A stretch of DNA of 63,790 bases, the filler included, from Octopus bimaculoides (lineage: Eukaryota): the NCBI RefSeq assembly GCF_001194135.2. It is 5 parts of 5 records of this genome, joined end to end, with 100 filler letters (N's around TTAATTAATTAA, not from the genome) between each part and the next. Parts side by side here need not be neighbours in the genome. Positions count along the whole stretch, not along the records: positions 59,399 to 63,790 come from NC_068987.1; 4 more parts are not named here. The stretch is one strand, 5' to 3'. A model generated the notes under the pieces. That model did no database searches. It was not told the DNA's origin and worked only from the letters and a program-made list of their open reading frames with translations. Position 1 is the stretch's first letter. Each line of letters opens with the position of its first letter. The position numbers and the translations under genes are program-made. Below, in pieces: positions 62,184-63,790 of this stretch.

Positions 62184-63435
62184 CATGGGTTCGACAAAAT
62201 AATGGAAACACCTAACATCATAGCATCATAATTTTGAAATAGCTATAAAACCGTCAAAAGCTTGTTTATTTTTGTGTTTTTTTATTTATTATTAGTGTTG
62301 CTTAGTATGTTTTGCTAAAATTGCTGTTTCTTTTCAGATATCATCACAAAAAGATAATTAAAATCCATTAAAAGAAGTCATATTGATGGTGCTTATATGG
62401 CAGGTGCTAGCATAACAAAAACAGCCAAAATGTTTGGTGTATCAAGAAGTACTGTCTTGAAAGTAATGACAGCCTTTGAGAAAGAGGGTAAAACCTCCAC
62501 GTCAAAACAAAATTCTGAGAGAAAACCAAAACTTTCAGATAGGGACTGTCAGACTCTTATGCCAATTGTTAGAAAGGATCACAAAAGTACAGCTCTCAAA
62601 ATTACTGCAGAGCTTAATGACCACCTCGAGAACCCAGTTTCCACAAAAACTGTTTGCCGGGAGCCGCACAAAGCCAGATTTCATGGGAGGGCTGCAATCA
62701 GAAAACCACTACTTTCAAAAACAAATGTTGAAAAGTGTTTAGAGTGGAGTAAAAAACTACAGACTAGCTCCCTAGAGCAGTGGAAGAATATTATTTTCTC
62801 AGACAAGTCGTCCTTTACCTTATTTCCAACCACCAGCCAAGTATATGTGTGGAGACAGCCAGAAGAAGCATTTGACCCAGACTGCCTTCTTCCAACTGTT
62901 AAACATAAAGGAGGATCTGTGATGATATGGGTGGGGGCTATGTCTTGGAAATCTGCTAGCCCAATGTTTTCCCTTCATGGCAGAATTAATAGTCAAGACT
63001 ATTTAAGCATTTTATCTGATAGAATTCATTGTATGGTTGCGGAACTGTTTCCAGAGGGAAACGCAATCTTTCAGGATGATAATGCACCAATTCACACAGC
63101 TAAAGTTGTTACTAAATGGCACAAGGAAGATTCTAGTGAAGTTGAACATCTTATCTGGCCACCACAGTCCCTAGATCTCAATATTATTGAACATTTATGG
63201 TGCATTTTAGAAAAACAAGTAAGGAGTCGATATCCTTCACCATCATCACTACAAGAACTGAAGACTGTTTTAGCTGAAGAATGGATAAAAATTCCTTTCG
63301 AAACAATTCAAACTTTGTATGAGTGCATACCTCGCAGAATTCAAGCTGTAATTACTGCCAAACATGGCCCTACCCCATATTAAAATATATTTGTTAGAAA
63401 TTTTAAGGTGTTTCCAATATTTTGTCCAACCCCTG
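62184..63435 (+). mobile_element. Tc1-family transposon, near full length (1252 bp), DD36E
   Basis: About 30-bp TIRs CA(T/G)GGGTT(C/G)GACAAAATA(A/T)TGGAAACACCT, TA flanks on both sides. Confidence 0.95.
62397..63383 (+). CDS. Tc1-like transposase, 328 aa open frame, native N-terminus decayed
   Basis: HTH region, WKNIIFSD, FQDDNAPIH, WPPQSLDLNIIEHLW; 36 residues counted between D2 and E. Confidence 0.9.
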   Translation: MAGASITKTAKMFGVSRSTVLKVMTAFEKEGKTSTSKQNSERKPKLSDRDCQTLMPIVRKDHKSTALKITAELNDHLENPVSTKTVCREPHKARFHGRAAIRKPLLSKTNVEKCLEWSKKLQTSSLEQWKNIIFSDKSSFTLFPTTSQVYVWRQPEEAFDPDCLLPTVKHKGGSVMIWVGAMSWKSASPMFSLHGRINSQDYLSILSDRIHCMVAELFPEGNAIFQDDNAPIHTAKVVTKWHKEDSSEVEHLIWPPQSLDLNIIEHLWCILEKQVRSRYPSPSSLQELKTVLAEEWIKIPFETIQTLYECIPRRIQAVITAKHGPTPY

Positions 63436-63455
63436 TATATATATGTGTGTATGTA

Positions 63456-63790
63456 TCTATATATATAAAAATGAGAATGTGTGTCTGTCTGTCTGTCTGT
63501 CTGTCTGTGTGAATCCCTACAACTCGAGAACTACGCAACCAATTTCATTCAAATTTTACAGATGCCTTACTTAGGGTTCCAGTTGTGTTTTAGTCAAAAA
63601 AAAATTTTAACTTCTTCCAGAGTTCGAGCCCACAGCAACATAATATCTCCTCCACTATTTAAATATTACGTGTCAAAAGTGAAACAAAAACACTCATGTC
63701 AAATACTTTCACTTTAAAAATGAAACTATTCTAACTGAAACAATCACATTTCGATACTGTAATGACAGATACTTTCAGAGAGAGAGAGAA
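63456..63790 (+). mobile_element. 5' end of a non-autonomous Helitron with a (GTCT)n tract
   Basis: A|TCTATATATATAAAAATGAGAATGTGTGTCTGTCTGTCTG..., the classic Helitron-N start; continues past the window edge. Confidence 0.75.

Overview
AT-rich, gapped eukaryotic DNA dominated by microsatellites and transposable elements. The SINE and RTE-LINE families and the TA/CA/TTA microsatellite load look like a coleoid cephalopod (Octopus-like) genome; this is inference from sequence style, not a database match. Most of the window is probably intron. The one well-supported host exon is minus-strand 24161-24262, which encodes the hormone-binding (HRM) core of a class B (secretin-type) GPCR. Weaker minus-strand exon candidates lie at 51.8, 46.9, 32.7, 31.3 and 4.7 kb, with a possible promoter near 52.5-53 kb. 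Mobile DNA: RTE LINEs, R4/Dong-type restriction-like-endonuclease LINEs in (TAA)n, Penelope-like remnants, a decayed Helitron RepHel, tandem non-autonomous Helitrons carrying telomere-like (TAACCC)n tracts, a pogo DD35D element, a nearly complete Tc1 with DD36E spacing, hAT, mariner and Chapaev-like remnants, an LTR with a perfect tRNA-Trp primer-binding site, and many tRNA-derived SINEs. The most interesting structure is a foldback at 8.0-8.6 kb. It consists of two head-to-head copies of a tRNA-headed element, each with an identical minimal hammerhead-ribozyme motif, plus an inverted duplication of about 65 bp of flanking target DNA. Four 100-bp N44-TTAATTAATTAA-N44 spacers are artificial scaffold joins, so order and orientation across them are uncertain. 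Coordinates of decayed repeats are approximate (tens of bp). Nothing here was computed or searched; all calls are by eye.
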